Source: a bacterium (GTDB lineage: Bacteria; SZUA-182; DTGQ01; JAFGSM01). From it: a stretch of 64,000 nt of DNA. The first letter of the stretch is position 1, and each line of letters opens with the position of its first letter. Positions 1 to 10,344 of this stretch are shown one piece after another. The notes beneath the pieces were generated by a model, which saw nothing but the letters and a program-made list of their open reading frames with translations, did no database searches and was not told the DNA's origin. The DNA lies in the NCBI GenBank assembly GCA_049472315.1, contig JBLIRN010000012.1, positions 1 to 64,000 of the forward strand, given 5' to 3'. A program made the position numbers and the translations under genes.

Positions 1-1
1 A

Positions 2-2347
2 ATAACCGACCCAGTTCTGATCCTGGGGATACTCGAGATTGTCGTAGGTCTCCTCATCCTTTTGATGGGTCACCTTATTGGCGGATTCCCCCATCTTTTT
101 ACCCTGATGATTGAAAAGGGCGGCCGTTTTCCCTGGTCATTCCGGTCAATCATATCCTTTATCCCCCTGCTTTCGGTGGCCCTCTCCTCGATTCTCCTTG
201 GGGTCTGCTTCCCCCTGGTGTGTCGCATATCCGCAAAAGGGGTTGAGACGATCGGCACAACCGCAGGGGTGGTCTTTTCTATTATGGCCCTCGGGGCCTT
301 ATTCGGGATGGCAGGTGGAATGGGTATTCTGTTTTTCGGAATCGGCATCATCAAAGGGACACAGTGTGCTGCATGGACTTTTCTCCTCATCGGGGCACTG
401 ATACTAGTCCTCGGCACCCCGCTCTCTGTGGTCCGCAAGACATCGCTCATCCTTCTCGTTATCGGGATCGCGGCGGCTTCCCTCTATTATGCCCCCCACC
501 AAGAGATGCCGTTGTTCCGGGAAAATACCGGAAGGGTATCCCCCATCTCAGGAAGGGATTTCAATTCCACAGGGGAAGATAGGGCACCAAGGATCCTTGC
601 TTTAAAAAATGGAATCTTCTCCACCCTGCATATAGAAAAAGGGCACGGGGATATCTCGCTCCTGATCAATGGCACAACGGTCTGCTCCCTTCCCCGGGAT
701 CTCTCCTCCCGGATTTTTACCGGCCATATCCCCCTCCTTTTTCACGAGAATCCCCGGGAGGTGCTGCTTTTGGGGCTTGAATGCGGCATTACCCTTCATG
801 CCCTCGAACAGCATCCGGTGCGGGGGCTGGACTGTGTGGAAATCAACCCGCAGATATGCGAGGCATCAGACCTGTTCCATCAGTTTCACCAGGGTGTGCT
901 TGAAGATCCAAGGATCAAAATGATTCACGATGATGCCCGGCACTATCTCGCATTCACCAGGAGAAACTACGATGTCATTATCTGCCAGCCCTGCGCTTCC
1001 CCGGGGGCAATACCGGACCTTTTCACCGAGGAATTTTTCCAACAGTGCAGGACGAGGCTCAGCCCGGGTGGAATCGCGGCATTGCGTATTCCCGCCCAGG
1101 GGATGAAGGAAGAGAGCTTCCGATCCATTCTCTCCGCCTGGCATCGGGTGTTCCCCTTTGCAATCCTCTGGGAAACATCCTTGGGGAGGGAATACCTGAT
1201 CACCGGGTCAGATCGGCAGATGAGGTGGAATGATGTCCTCATCGATGATCGGATACAGAGGCCGGGGATTGCCCCTGATTGCACCGCGATCCATGTTGTT
1301 GATCCTCTCGTCGATATTGTATCCCTCTTCATCATGAGCGGGCGGGATCTTCCGTCCTATTGCCGTCAAGCAGAGCCCCTTTCCGATGATCACGCCTTGC
1401 GGGAGGCCGTCATGTTCCAGCACGTCGAAGATCACCCGGCTGAAGGGCTCCTGGAGGAATTGCAGCCCTATCGAGGCAGGGGGATCGATGATGTGGTCCC
1501 CTGCATCCAGGATCCCGCACACTCACCCCTAAGGGAAAGGCTCCAAAGGGCGATGGAAGCCAGGCATTGCCTGGCCAGGGCATATGGTGCCCTGGTTAGG
1601 GGTGAACCGAGAAACACGGTTATGCCCATCATCGTGGAGGCCATGGAGAAGGGTCCGGGCAACCGTGAGGTGGTGCAATTCTATGCAGACACCTTGATCG
1701 TCACTGCCAAGGAGCATTTCGAACGAAGGCACTATGACATGGCCCTCTGGACACTCAAGGAAATCATGCATGCGATGCCTGACCACATGAAGGCAACCTA
1801 CCTTCTGGGGAGGACGTACTATACCATGGGGCTCATTGAACAGGCACGAGGTGAGTATGAGAAGGTGGTGGCATGCTGGCCGGACGACGAGGAGGTCCGG
1901 TGCCGTCTGGGGATGGCGTACCTCAACAGCGGATGGATTGATCTGGCAATAGACCAGTTCAACCGTGCCATCCGATTCGATCCGCTCTATGCCGAATCCC
2001 ACCTCTATTTAGGTGCTGCATATTTTAAGAAGGATCTGATCGACAAGGCGATCGAGGAATATGGGAATGCCCTGGCCATCCGGCCTGACTATGCCGATGC
2101 CCACTATAATTTGGGCATAGCCTGTCTGAAGAGCGGATTGATAGATGAGGCCATCTCCGCATGGAAAGAGGTGATCAGGATACGGCCCGATGATGTGAAG
2201 GCACGGTATAACCTGGCCATGGCATACTACAATCATGGTGCACTCGATGAATCCATGGCCCAATTGCAGGAGATTTTGAGAATCAGGCCGGACTTCGTTC
2301 AGGCACGCTCACTCCTTAATCTCATCAATCAGGCGCAGGGGCGATAG
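2..2347 (+). CDS. Membrane (MFS-like)/spermidine synthase-like fusion protein with C-terminal TPR repeats; 5'-truncated by the window edge
   Basis: Frame is open from base 2. Multiple TM helices, then a SAM-fold region (VLLLGLECG, DCVEINP, DDARHYL, YDVIICQP, LFTEEFF...LSPGG), then several TPRs (AHYNLG-type). Confidence 0.85.
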   Translation: MTDPVLILGILEIVVGLLILLMGHLIGGFPHLFTLMIEKGGRFPWSFRSIISFIPLLSVALSSILLGVCFPLVCRISAKGVETIGTTAGVVFSIMALGALFGMAGGMGILFFGIGIIKGTQCAAWTFLLIGALILVLGTPLSVVRKTSLILLVIGIAAASLYYAPHQEMPLFRENTGRVSPISGRDFNSTGEDRAPRILALKNGIFSTLHIEKGHGDISLLINGTTVCSLPRDLSSRIFTGHIPLLFHENPREVLLLGLECGITLHALEQHPVRGLDCVEINPQICEASDLFHQFHQGVLEDPRIKMIHDDARHYLAFTRRNYDVIICQPCASPGAIPDLFTEEFFQQCRTRLSPGGIAALRIPAQGMKEESFRSILSAWHRVFPFAILWETSLGREYLITGSDRQMRWNDVLIDDRIQRPGIAPDCTAIHVVDPLVDIVSLFIMSGRDLPSYCRQAEPLSDDHALREAVMFQHVEDHPAEGLLEELQPYRGRGIDDVVPCIQDPAHSPLRERLQRAMEARHCLARAYGALVRGEPRNTVMPIIVEAMEKGPGNREVVQFYADTLIVTAKEHFERRHYDMALWTLKEIMHAMPDHMKATYLLGRTYYTMGLIEQARGEYEKVVACWPDDEEVRCRLGMAYLNSGWIDLAIDQFNRAIRFDPLYAESHLYLGAAYFKKDLIDKAIEEYGNALAIRPDYADAHYNLGIACLKSGLIDEAISAWKEVIRIRPDDVKARYNLAMAYYNHGALDESMAQLQEILRIRPDFVQARSLLNLINQAQGR

Positions 2348-2349
2348 GG

Positions 2350-3726
2350 ATGACAAAGAGGGGTATTGCCGTCGCCGCAGTTCTGGTGCTCGCCATTCTC
2401 GGCCTTGCCGTTATCCTCCTCTATTCCACCCGCGTGGAAATGCCGAACATCGTCATTATTCTCGTCGATGCCCTGAGGGTGGATCACCTCGGCTGCTATG
2501 GGTACAACCGTGACACATCACCGAACCTCGATCGATTTGCCCGGGATGCCATCCGGTTTGAGGGGACCGTCAGCACCTGTTCATGGACCTCGCCATCCAT
2601 CGCATCCCTGTTTACCTCCCTGTATGTATCCTCCCACGGACTCATGACCCATTCACAGCAACGCACGGACATCCTTGCCCCGGACTTCGAAACCCTGGCC
2701 GAGGTTCTTAAAAAGCGGGGATACACCACCGCCGCCTTCGTGGCAAACCGGTGGATCAGAAAGGAGTTCAACTATCATCAGGGATTCGATCTGTTTAAAC
2801 AGGTGGGTACGGACATGGCCAGACCCGGTGCCGCAGCGGTCAGGGAGAGCGTGATGGAGTGGTTTGAGCCGAATCCCCCCCCACCCTTCTTTCTCTACAT
2901 CCACTTTATGGATGTGCACGGGCCCTATATCCCCCCCTATCCTTTCAACACGATGTTTACCTCCAAACCGGGGAGGAAGCTCACCGCTGATGAATACGGA
3001 AGGCTTCGATATCTTAGATTTGAGGGTCAATGGGACCTCAATTTCTATATCAATCAGTACGACGGGGAAATCAGGTACTGCGACTATCATATCGGAAAGA
3101 TCCTCGATCATCTCCAGGAATCGGGATTGTATGACGACTCGATCATCATCATTACCGCTGACCATGGCGAGGCATTCTTCGAACACGGGGCCTGCGATCA
3201 TGGCTTCACCCTCTACAACGAGGAGACTATGGTCCCGCTTCTCATGCGGTTCCCGTCATCTATGGCGTGCACTGCCGATATGAGCATCCCGCCCCAGCTC
3301 GTTGACATCGGGGCCACCATCCTGAGCCTCATCAACGCCCGCTTTCCCTATGAGGTGGACGGCCTCTGCCTTGTCGCATCCCCGAGACGAGGAAACGACC
3401 AGCGCACGCGGCAGAGAATCTTCTCAGAGGAGCACATGAAGGGGATTCCAAAGGTCGCCATGATCGAAGGGCACATGAAGTATATCTATCACCTCCCTGA
3501 AGAACGCATAGTGGAGGCTTACGACCTGCAGGGGGATGAAGGGGAGTGTACCAACCTGGTCATGGCGGATCGGCCTGATGGTGTCCTGAATCGGAAGGGA
3601 GACGAGATCCGGGCCTGGCTCAGCCGGAAGAGCGGGGTACGAAAAGGTATTGCACGCACGCAGAATCAGGCGGAGATAGATCCCCGCACCCTGGAGCAGC
3701 TCAAATCCCTTGGATATATTGAGTGA
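2350..3726 (+). CDS. Sulfatase-like hydrolase/transferase (alkaline phosphatase superfamily) with N-terminal membrane anchor
   Basis: NIVIILVDALRVDHLGCYGY, WTSPSIASLFTS, HFMDVHGPY, YDGEI, TADHGE and C-terminal LKSLGY. Starts 2 nt after the upstream stop. Confidence 0.9.
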   Translation: MTKRGIAVAAVLVLAILGLAVILLYSTRVEMPNIVIILVDALRVDHLGCYGYNRDTSPNLDRFARDAIRFEGTVSTCSWTSPSIASLFTSLYVSSHGLMTHSQQRTDILAPDFETLAEVLKKRGYTTAAFVANRWIRKEFNYHQGFDLFKQVGTDMARPGAAAVRESVMEWFEPNPPPPFFLYIHFMDVHGPYIPPYPFNTMFTSKPGRKLTADEYGRLRYLRFEGQWDLNFYINQYDGEIRYCDYHIGKILDHLQESGLYDDSIIIITADHGEAFFEHGACDHGFTLYNEETMVPLLMRFPSSMACTADMSIPPQLVDIGATILSLINARFPYEVDGLCLVASPRRGNDQRTRQRIFSEEHMKGIPKVAMIEGHMKYIYHLPEERIVEAYDLQGDEGECTNLVMADRPDGVLNRKGDEIRAWLSRKSGVRKGIARTQNQAEIDPRTLEQLKSLGYIE

Positions 3727-3778
3727 TCATCGTTGTTGATCCTGTATCACCGGCCGCAACCATGCGGTACCCATTCCA

Positions 3779-4267
3779 TCATCTGAATCGCGCATCCGAT
3801 TTTGTATGCCCCAGCCTCTTGTGAGCCTGAGACAGCCACCCTGTCCTTTGGACATCAACCGCCGGTGCATCGAATGCCGGAACATACGGCTTTATGTCCA
3901 ACAGGGGTGTATTGTCTACAATATCGACATCCTCTATATGGATGATACCGCCGTCTATTCCGATGAGCCTTACCACTGAAAGCCCTACAGGATTTGGACG
4001 TTTCGGGGCCCGTGTTGCAAAAACCCCGTGAGACACGGTATCCAGGAATGGGATAACATGTAGTGCATACCCCTTTGATTGATGAAAATGATAGATCAAT
4101 ATGATATGAGAAAAACCGTCCAGATCCTTGAGCCCTTCAACGAACTCCGGTTTCATTTCCACGGTGCCCTTCACCCCTGCCGCACCCGACGGCTGTATGG
4201 GCATGCCCTTGATTTCCGTAAAGGGGGAATGAATGATGCCTATCGGAACGTAGTGTATCTTTGCCAT
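3779..4267 (-). CDS. tsaA: tRNA (t6A37) N6-methyltransferase TrmO/TsaA
   Basis: PIGIIHSPF, GVFATRAPKRPNPVGLSVV, TPLLDIKPY motifs. Confidence 0.9.
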   Translation of the reverse strand: MAKIHYVPIGIIHSPFTEIKGMPIQPSGAAGVKGTVEMKPEFVEGLKDLDGFSHIILIYHFHQSKGYALHVIPFLDTVSHGVFATRAPKRPNPVGLSVVRLIGIDGGIIHIEDVDIVDNTPLLDIKPYVPAFDAPAVDVQRTGWLSQAHKRLGHTKSDARFR

Positions 4268-4311
4268 TGTTTTGATTCTATGGGCTTACGGTTTTTCACC
4301 AATTGCGCATC

Positions 4312-5268
4312 TCAGGGGGTGCTCACCTGGAACGCGGTGGTGGCGACGTCCCGGGGCATCCGCTCCCACTCCTTGGAACAGAACGAGGCACGAATCCGGT
4401 ATTGCCCTGCAGGAAGGTCATTGGGGAGCCTCCAGGTTATCCCTGCCATTTCACCGATATCATGGAATTCCGGACAAGGTTCGCTCACCTCGCGGCCGAA
4501 GTCAGGCCTGAAGGGAATCCGCTCCGGTTCCTCTCCCTCCTTGTTCACCCTCTCCAGTACGAATTTGGGTGATACCCCTATGGGAAACATGGTCATCCTG
4601 ATGAACCGCAGCCGTATCGATTCTCCGGTAAGGTAGATATCTTGGTCCGCCACCAGGCCTATGAGCTTGTTTTCATCGGAGATATCCGTGCCAACGCCCG
4701 ATGTCCTCTCGTCCCAGGTGCGGGGAGGACCCACGTCGATGTGGACCATTTCCCCATGGTAGTACCCTGCGCCGCCGAAGCCGATCTCTTTGACATATTT
4801 CCAGATACGCTCGGATGAAAGCCCTTCCACCTTGATGTCCGCAGCCATGCCATACTGATGGAGGCTCGCCTTTGCTGCAAGCCGGCCCTTTTCCCGAAGC
4901 TTCCGATTGTACTCCGGGCTTCTCCAGCCGGAGACGATGGTGACCTTGCCTTCCGGTTGGAGGGAATCGACGAGAAAATCGAGAAACTCGACGAGGCGAA
5001 GTGATATCTCCGAAAGGGGGGTGCCGTAAGGCGCATCGAACACCCGGTGGATCGCCTTGATCGCCTCTTCCTGGTAGATCCCATCCGTTGAACGATACAT
5101 CCCCGAAAAGGATTCCCCATTCTTGGCGCTGGTGATGGCAATGCTTCCATCCCCGCTGTGAAAATATCGGGACGAAGGGTGTGTCCCGGCATTGCACGGA
5201 GGAGTGACAACAATCAGCATGGTGAAGAGGAGCACAGCAGCTCCGAGGTGCAGGAAGACTTCTTTCAT
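4312..5268 (-). CDS. YcbK/MepK-like (DUF882, peptidase M15) secreted murein endopeptidase with C-terminal extension
   Basis: Signal peptide; SGWRSPEYN, SLHQYGMAADI and VHIDVG zinc motifs. Confidence 0.85.
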   Translation of the reverse strand: MKEVFLHLGAAVLLFTMLIVVTPPCNAGTHPSSRYFHSGDGSIAITSAKNGESFSGMYRSTDGIYQEEAIKAIHRVFDAPYGTPLSEISLRLVEFLDFLVDSLQPEGKVTIVSGWRSPEYNRKLREKGRLAAKASLHQYGMAADIKVEGLSSERIWKYVKEIGFGGAGYYHGEMVHIDVGPPRTWDERTSGVGTDISDENKLIGLVADQDIYLTGESIRLRFIRMTMFPIGVSPKFVLERVNKEGEEPERIPFRPDFGREVSEPCPEFHDIGEMAGITWRLPNDLPAGQYRIRASFCSKEWERMPRDVATTAFQVSTP

Positions 5269-5543
5269 ACGTATATACCTCTACGATGCATGATGATGGT
5301 GACGTGTCCGACTCCGGTCATGGCTGTGCCACACTATAACGAACAGTGAGGCATTCGTCAATGACCGTATACGATTCACATTTCATGAATACGCAGGCGC
5401 CATGTTCCGGAGTAATGCCTTCACCATGCACGAAGTCCGCCTGGAGAGGTATCCATCACCCCCTTTCCGTAACCATCCTTTTGTGCAATTATTGCCTTCA
5501 CGCGCGGCAGGTTCAGCGCCCCAGGAATCTTCCCTCCGATCAC

Positions 5544-6026
5544 CTACAAGGTCAATTGGGTGAGATACGCAAAGAGCAATGGATTCGCAGTGCTCAGCGG
5601 ACCGTCATAGAGTGCGCTTGCGTAGAGCACTGCAAGAATACTCAACAGCGGTGAAGGCGCCGGCGGCGTGGTTACTGTGGGTGCGGTGACAGACGCTGAT
5701 GCCACCACAGGCGAAACCGCTGTTGTTCCTCCGATGACAAAAACCCCTGGAGCAGTGCCCACAGCGGTGATCCCAGTAGGAATGATGATGGTGGCATTCG
5801 GCGAGCGCTGATAGGTAGTAAGGGGTGCAGGTGCAGGAACCATGCGGGGAAAGGGAATGGCGACAGGAATCCCATAATACGGCACAGGGAAAAGGAAGGG
5901 CACCGCCGGGAAGAACGGGTAGTATGATACGCCGGCGTATTGGCCCATCCCCACCCGAGGGAGCATAACCACCAATGACAGAATCATTACGACGCAGAAT
6001 ATATACCGTCTTGCGGCCTTACACAT
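5544..6026 (-). CDS. Secreted low-complexity Pro/Thr/Ala/Tyr-rich hypothetical protein
   Basis: GGAGG RBS; signal peptide ending GMG|QY; mature part almost uncharged. Confidence 0.75.
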   Translation of the reverse strand: MCKAARRYIFCVVMILSLVVMLPRVGMGQYAGVSYYPFFPAVPFLFPVPYYGIPVAIPFPRMVPAPAPLTTYQRSPNATIIIPTGITAVGTAPGVFVIGGTTAVSPVVASASVTAPTVTTPPAPSPLLSILAVLYASALYDGPLSTANPLLFAYLTQLTL

Positions 6027-6166
6027 ATGATAATTCCTCCATGTTATACAGGTTTCGGATATCTAATGGCTCATGCATCTTGAGAGTTATCCGCGTTTCC
6101 CAATGAACAGTGCACCATGCCCTGCAGCGCAAGTTACTGGCCATATGAAATCAGGGCGGGTATTAT

Positions 6167-6574
6167 TCAGGAACGGATAATAGAAATGCCGATAAGCATT
6201 GCGATCTGCTTTGGTGAGGTAATGCGTGCAGTTGTAAATGAAAAAACATGCGGCAGGCAAGCCGTGATATTGTCCGGTTTCCTGTTAAAAACAAATGAAA
6301 TAAGGGAGGATAGAATAAAAGCAGAAAGGCACATTGTTATGATGTTCTGGATGCATTCCTTGCTTTCCGCAATATTTTCCAGGAGGGAAAAGAAATTGCT
6401 GATGATACTATGGAAAAGCCGCTTAAGAAAATTAGAGAAATGATTGATAACCCCGAAATTCTCTAAGAACTCACAGATCCCTATGTCAACACAGCGCACA
6501 TATTCGGGCGCATCAAAGATACTCAAAAAAAGGATGAGACATACCAGCAAGACAGCAACAATCTTCATATTCAT
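6167..6574 (-). CDS. Small membrane-anchored DAPEYVRC protein, copy 1 (possible regulatory leader ORF)
   Basis: Hydrophobic N-terminus followed by FDAPEYVRCVDIGICEFL; paralog at 19894-20301. Confidence 0.7.
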   Translation of the reverse strand: MNMKIVAVLLVCLILFLSIFDAPEYVRCVDIGICEFLENFGVINHFSNFLKRLFHSIISNFFSLLENIAESKECIQNIITMCLSAFILSSLISFVFNRKPDNITACLPHVFSFTTARITSPKQIAMLIGISIIRS

Positions 6575-6940
6575 ACCACACTACGACTTATGGTTCGAGA
6601 GACCCGTTAAAACAAACGTCCATACAGCATTACAATACTGAAAATTATATGTATGTGCCAAGGGGAGTATGAGTTGCGGATTTGCCTATGCACACACGCA
6701 TAGAGATGGAAAGCGGTTAGGGAAAGGAGTATGGAAAAGGGGCACCTTAATGCAAAGGAGCATTCTATACGAACATCTCTTCCGATAGGGTTTAGATGAT
6801 CAGGACGATGGAGCAGGTAAACTAACCGAATGGTCAGCAGTCAATACTCCAAATACCCCCGTTTGAGACAGCCCTTTTTAATGCTGTAATGCATCCCCCC
6901 TTTTTAATTAAGAAGATTTTATTATCCATATTATAAATAA

Positions 6941-6969
6941 ATTATAAATAAATTAACATACACTGTCAA
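6941..6969 (-). promoter_or_regulatory. Perfect-consensus sigma70 promoter TTGACA-17-TATAAT
   Basis: tgtcaa at 6964-6969 and attata at 6941-6946 on the + strand, 17-nt spacer, AT-rich upstream region. Confidence 0.8.
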
Positions 6970-7122
6970 CAAAAATATTATTAAAACAATAACTAAATAA
7001 TGGATAAAGGATTGCTGAGGCCCGGGTGGATTATACGGCATAGTGATGGAGGAGTGGTTCGCGGCTCTCCATCTTATGTGCCATCACATATTCCTGCACA
7101 TTGAGAAAAAGGGATTTGGAAA

Positions 7123-9876
7123 TCACCATGGCGAGGGAGTTGCGTCCCCCTCGAGTTGCCTGATTCTATCGATGAGCGTTTGCGCATTCTGGAAATCGGG
7201 TTGAAGACGCATACATTCCTTCAATACATCGCCCGCCTCCCGGTAGAGTCCCTGTTGATAATAGGCAAGCGCGATATTGTAAAGGAGATTGGTATCTCCC
7301 GGCCTGAGTTCCGCTGCCTTTTCCCACGCGCTGACGGCCTTGTCATACTTCTCAGTCTGGAAATAAACCATACCCATGTTCACCAAATGGGTTGGAATAT
7401 CTATATGCTTCCCGGCCAATGCCAGCCGCCATTCCTCCTGGGCCTTCCGGAAATCACCCATCTCGAAATAGGCATTCCCCAAATTCAGATGGACACTCTC
7501 CGATCCCGGCTGAAGATCAAGGGCCTTTTGCCACGCTTTAATGGCTGCGTCTGTTTGCCCAAGGGCATAATAGGCCTTTCCCAGATAAAAATAGGCCCTT
7601 GGGTCCTCAGGCCACAATTGCAGTATCTGCTGAAAAGAGGCTATGGCCCGATCAAACTCTTGCTTGACCAAATAAAGATAACCAAGTTGATTGTATGCCT
7701 CCACGCAATTACTATCCATTTCAAGGGCCTTCTGGAATAAATGCTCCGCCTTTTTATGATCATTCAGGCTCACATGAAGCATCCCCAGATTGATGATTGC
7801 CTTTTGATAGTCCGGCCTGATATCCAGTGCCTTTTTCAAATGAAGCATTGCCTGGTCAAATCTCCTCTGGCCGAGATACAAGCTGCCCAGATTATTATGG
7901 GCCTCGGCGCTATTGGGATCAAGGTTGACTGCCTCGGTGAATTGCTGTATCGCATCGTCTATCCGATCCCTCTGGCTGTAAACCAATCCGAGGTTAATAT
8001 GTGCCTTAACATGTCCGGGATCAAGATCCAGGGCCTTTGCAAACTGTTCAGCAGCCTCCTGGAGATTATTTTGGGCCAGATAGAGATTGCCCAGTTGATT
8101 CCATGACTCGGCATAATCGGGGTCAAGCTCAAGGGATTTCTTAATCGCTGCTATCGCCTCTTCCATCCTCCCCTGCTTCTCATTGACAAGGCTTATATTA
8201 TAGTAGACCTCCACATATTCAAATATCTCCAAGGAGTTCTGGAATTCCGCCAAGGCCAGATCCAAATTCCCCCTCTTGTACTGGATCAATCCCAGACGGT
8301 TATAGACATAACCATGGTCAGGATTGAGTTCCAAGGTCTTCCGAAAGAATGTCTCGGCCTGATCCAGCTCACCCTTTTCTTCATGGGCCGAACCCAGATG
8401 GAAATAAGCGGCACTATTCCGGGGATCAGCCTTGATAATCTTCTGAAACTCCTCGATTGCCTCGTCATAAGACTCAAGAAGCATATAGCTGATGCCATTA
8501 TCCATATAATTCATTACCTGAATCAATTCCTTTGGGTCAGGTCTGGGCTTATCTTCGTCCACGTCCATGTCAGCCCTGGTCCAGACATAACCCAGGCTTT
8601 TCAGCCTCTGCTCCGTCTCAGGATCCAATTTTGTTTGCTGAACTGCCCAGGGAGCAGGCGGATAATCCTCTTTGAGCCTATCCAGGGAATTCTTCCATTG
8701 TTCATGATCGGAACGACCCTTCTGGAAAAGGTTCCTTTCTTCATCCGGGTCTTCGGTTGTGTGATAGATCTCCGGCAAAGGGGCATGTATATATTTCCAT
8801 TCCGCCGTCCGTACCCCATCGAGCCGGCTCCAGCCGAAGTTGAGCTCGGGATACAGGCTTTCGCAGAGTATCTGCGAATGAATCTCCTTCGCCTGACCGT
8901 TTATAAGAGGCAGCACATCTTTCCCTGCCAAGCCCTTTAAGGGTTTAAAGCCGAATTGACCAATCACGGTCGGTAGTATATCCACGGTGCTGACCAGGGC
9001 CTGCACATTTCTCCCTCCCTTTATAAGACCCGGGGCCCGGATGATAAAAGGAACCCTGAGGGTGGAATCATAGATAAAAATCGTGTGCGTATCTTCATTG
9101 TGGTCTCCCAATCCCTCCCCATGATCCCCGATCAGGATGATCACCGTACGATCCATCAATCCCATCTCATCCAATTTTTTAAACAGCTCCCCAAGACAGG
9201 TATCCACGTAGGCAATCTCTCCGTCATACAGATGATCGCGATAGTCAAGACTGAATGGAAAGGGAGGGAAATAGGGCGAATGCGGATCATAATAATGAAG
9301 CCACAAGAAGAACCTGTTATCCTTATGCTTTTCCAGCCATTGGGTGCCTATTCTTGTGACATCCCCGGCTTTTCGCTCATTATAGAGGAAATTGCTCCTC
9401 TTTTTGCCGGGAGAAAAATGATCATCATAATAATCGAATCCCTGATCCAAGCCAAAAATTGAATCAAGGATAAAGGATCCGACACAAGCCCCTGTTCGAT
9501 AGCCATGCGACTTCATCACCTCAGCCAGTGTCATGGCATCCTGACTAAGGGAAAAATTGCCATTATTCCGCACACCATGCTGTGCCGGATAAAGGCCGGT
9601 CATTATGGAGGAGTGGGATGGCAGGGTGATTGGTACCGGTGAGATGGCCTGGGAAAAAAGCACCCCTTCGGAGGCCAACTTATCGATGGTGGGGGTTTTT
9701 ATTGACGTATATCCGTAACAGCCCAGATGATCCGCCCGGAGCGTGTCGATCGTGATCAAGAGGAGGTTGTAATCCGATCGCCCGGGTTTTGTGCCCATGG
9801 CCGGAGCCATGCCTTCCAAGAGAATCAAAACCGAAGAGACTAGTATCACCATACGAATTAAACGAACAGGCCTCAT
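7123..9876 (-). CDS. Secreted sulfatase-like hydrolase/transferase with long C-terminal TPR array
   Basis: Signal peptide; ITIDTLRADHLGCYGY, PITLPSHSSIMTG, HYYDPHSPY, GDHGE, LKSLGY; then about 13 TPRs. Confidence 0.9.
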   Translation of the reverse strand: MRPVRLIRMVILVSSVLILLEGMAPAMGTKPGRSDYNLLLITIDTLRADHLGCYGYTSIKTPTIDKLASEGVLFSQAISPVPITLPSHSSIMTGLYPAQHGVRNNGNFSLSQDAMTLAEVMKSHGYRTGACVGSFILDSIFGLDQGFDYYDDHFSPGKKRSNFLYNERKAGDVTRIGTQWLEKHKDNRFFLWLHYYDPHSPYFPPFPFSLDYRDHLYDGEIAYVDTCLGELFKKLDEMGLMDRTVIILIGDHGEGLGDHNEDTHTIFIYDSTLRVPFIIRAPGLIKGGRNVQALVSTVDILPTVIGQFGFKPLKGLAGKDVLPLINGQAKEIHSQILCESLYPELNFGWSRLDGVRTAEWKYIHAPLPEIYHTTEDPDEERNLFQKGRSDHEQWKNSLDRLKEDYPPAPWAVQQTKLDPETEQRLKSLGYVWTRADMDVDEDKPRPDPKELIQVMNYMDNGISYMLLESYDEAIEEFQKIIKADPRNSAAYFHLGSAHEEKGELDQAETFFRKTLELNPDHGYVYNRLGLIQYKRGNLDLALAEFQNSLEIFEYVEVYYNISLVNEKQGRMEEAIAAIKKSLELDPDYAESWNQLGNLYLAQNNLQEAAEQFAKALDLDPGHVKAHINLGLVYSQRDRIDDAIQQFTEAVNLDPNSAEAHNNLGSLYLGQRRFDQAMLHLKKALDIRPDYQKAIINLGMLHVSLNDHKKAEHLFQKALEMDSNCVEAYNQLGYLYLVKQEFDRAIASFQQILQLWPEDPRAYFYLGKAYYALGQTDAAIKAWQKALDLQPGSESVHLNLGNAYFEMGDFRKAQEEWRLALAGKHIDIPTHLVNMGMVYFQTEKYDKAVSAWEKAAELRPGDTNLLYNIALAYYQQGLYREAGDVLKECMRLQPDFQNAQTLIDRIRQLEGDATPSPW

Positions 9877-9937
9877 GTTCTTTCACCCCTTTGAACTATA
9901 GCCTGGGTTTTATAAGAAGCTGCTTTTTATAAAAGTA

Positions 9938-9966
9938 AGTATAACGAAGCATCTCAATTTTTTCAA
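9938..9966 (-). promoter_or_regulatory. Sigma70-type promoter TTGAAA-17-TATACT for the sulfatase-TPR gene
   Basis: tttcaa at 9961-9966 and agtata at 9938-9943, 17-nt spacer, about 60 nt upstream of the start. Confidence 0.55.
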
Positions 9967-10271
9967 TTCAAATATTGGGAATTATTTTATAAAATGATAA
10001 ATAACGAGAGGCTTTATCATTTTATTTCAATCGAAAATAGGGCATGCCCGGGTTCACCAAAAAAGTGGGAATATCGATGCCTTTCCCGGTCGGAGCTACC
10101 ATAACTATCCTGAGCAAACCCTGGATTGAAATTGGAATGGATGCCATTCATCCACCATAATTTGTCAGGATAAAATCCTTCGTTGAAAAGGATGCGCCCT
10201 GCATGAAGACATTCAGAGAAAAACACCTTCACGTTTTCTCATATAATCGTATAAGATCATCAAAAATTGCG

Positions 10272-10311
10272 AAAAAGGGATGGAGAGGAATATTTCATCT
10301 CTCCATCCCTT
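10272..10311 (-). terminator. Rho-independent terminator after the PPYN-family gene at 10345-10923
   Basis: GGGATGGAGAG/CTCTCCATCCC stem followed by a T5 run on the minus strand. Confidence 0.75.
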
Positions 10312-10344
10312 CATGCCATCTCCCTTATCACAAAAAACCTGTTA

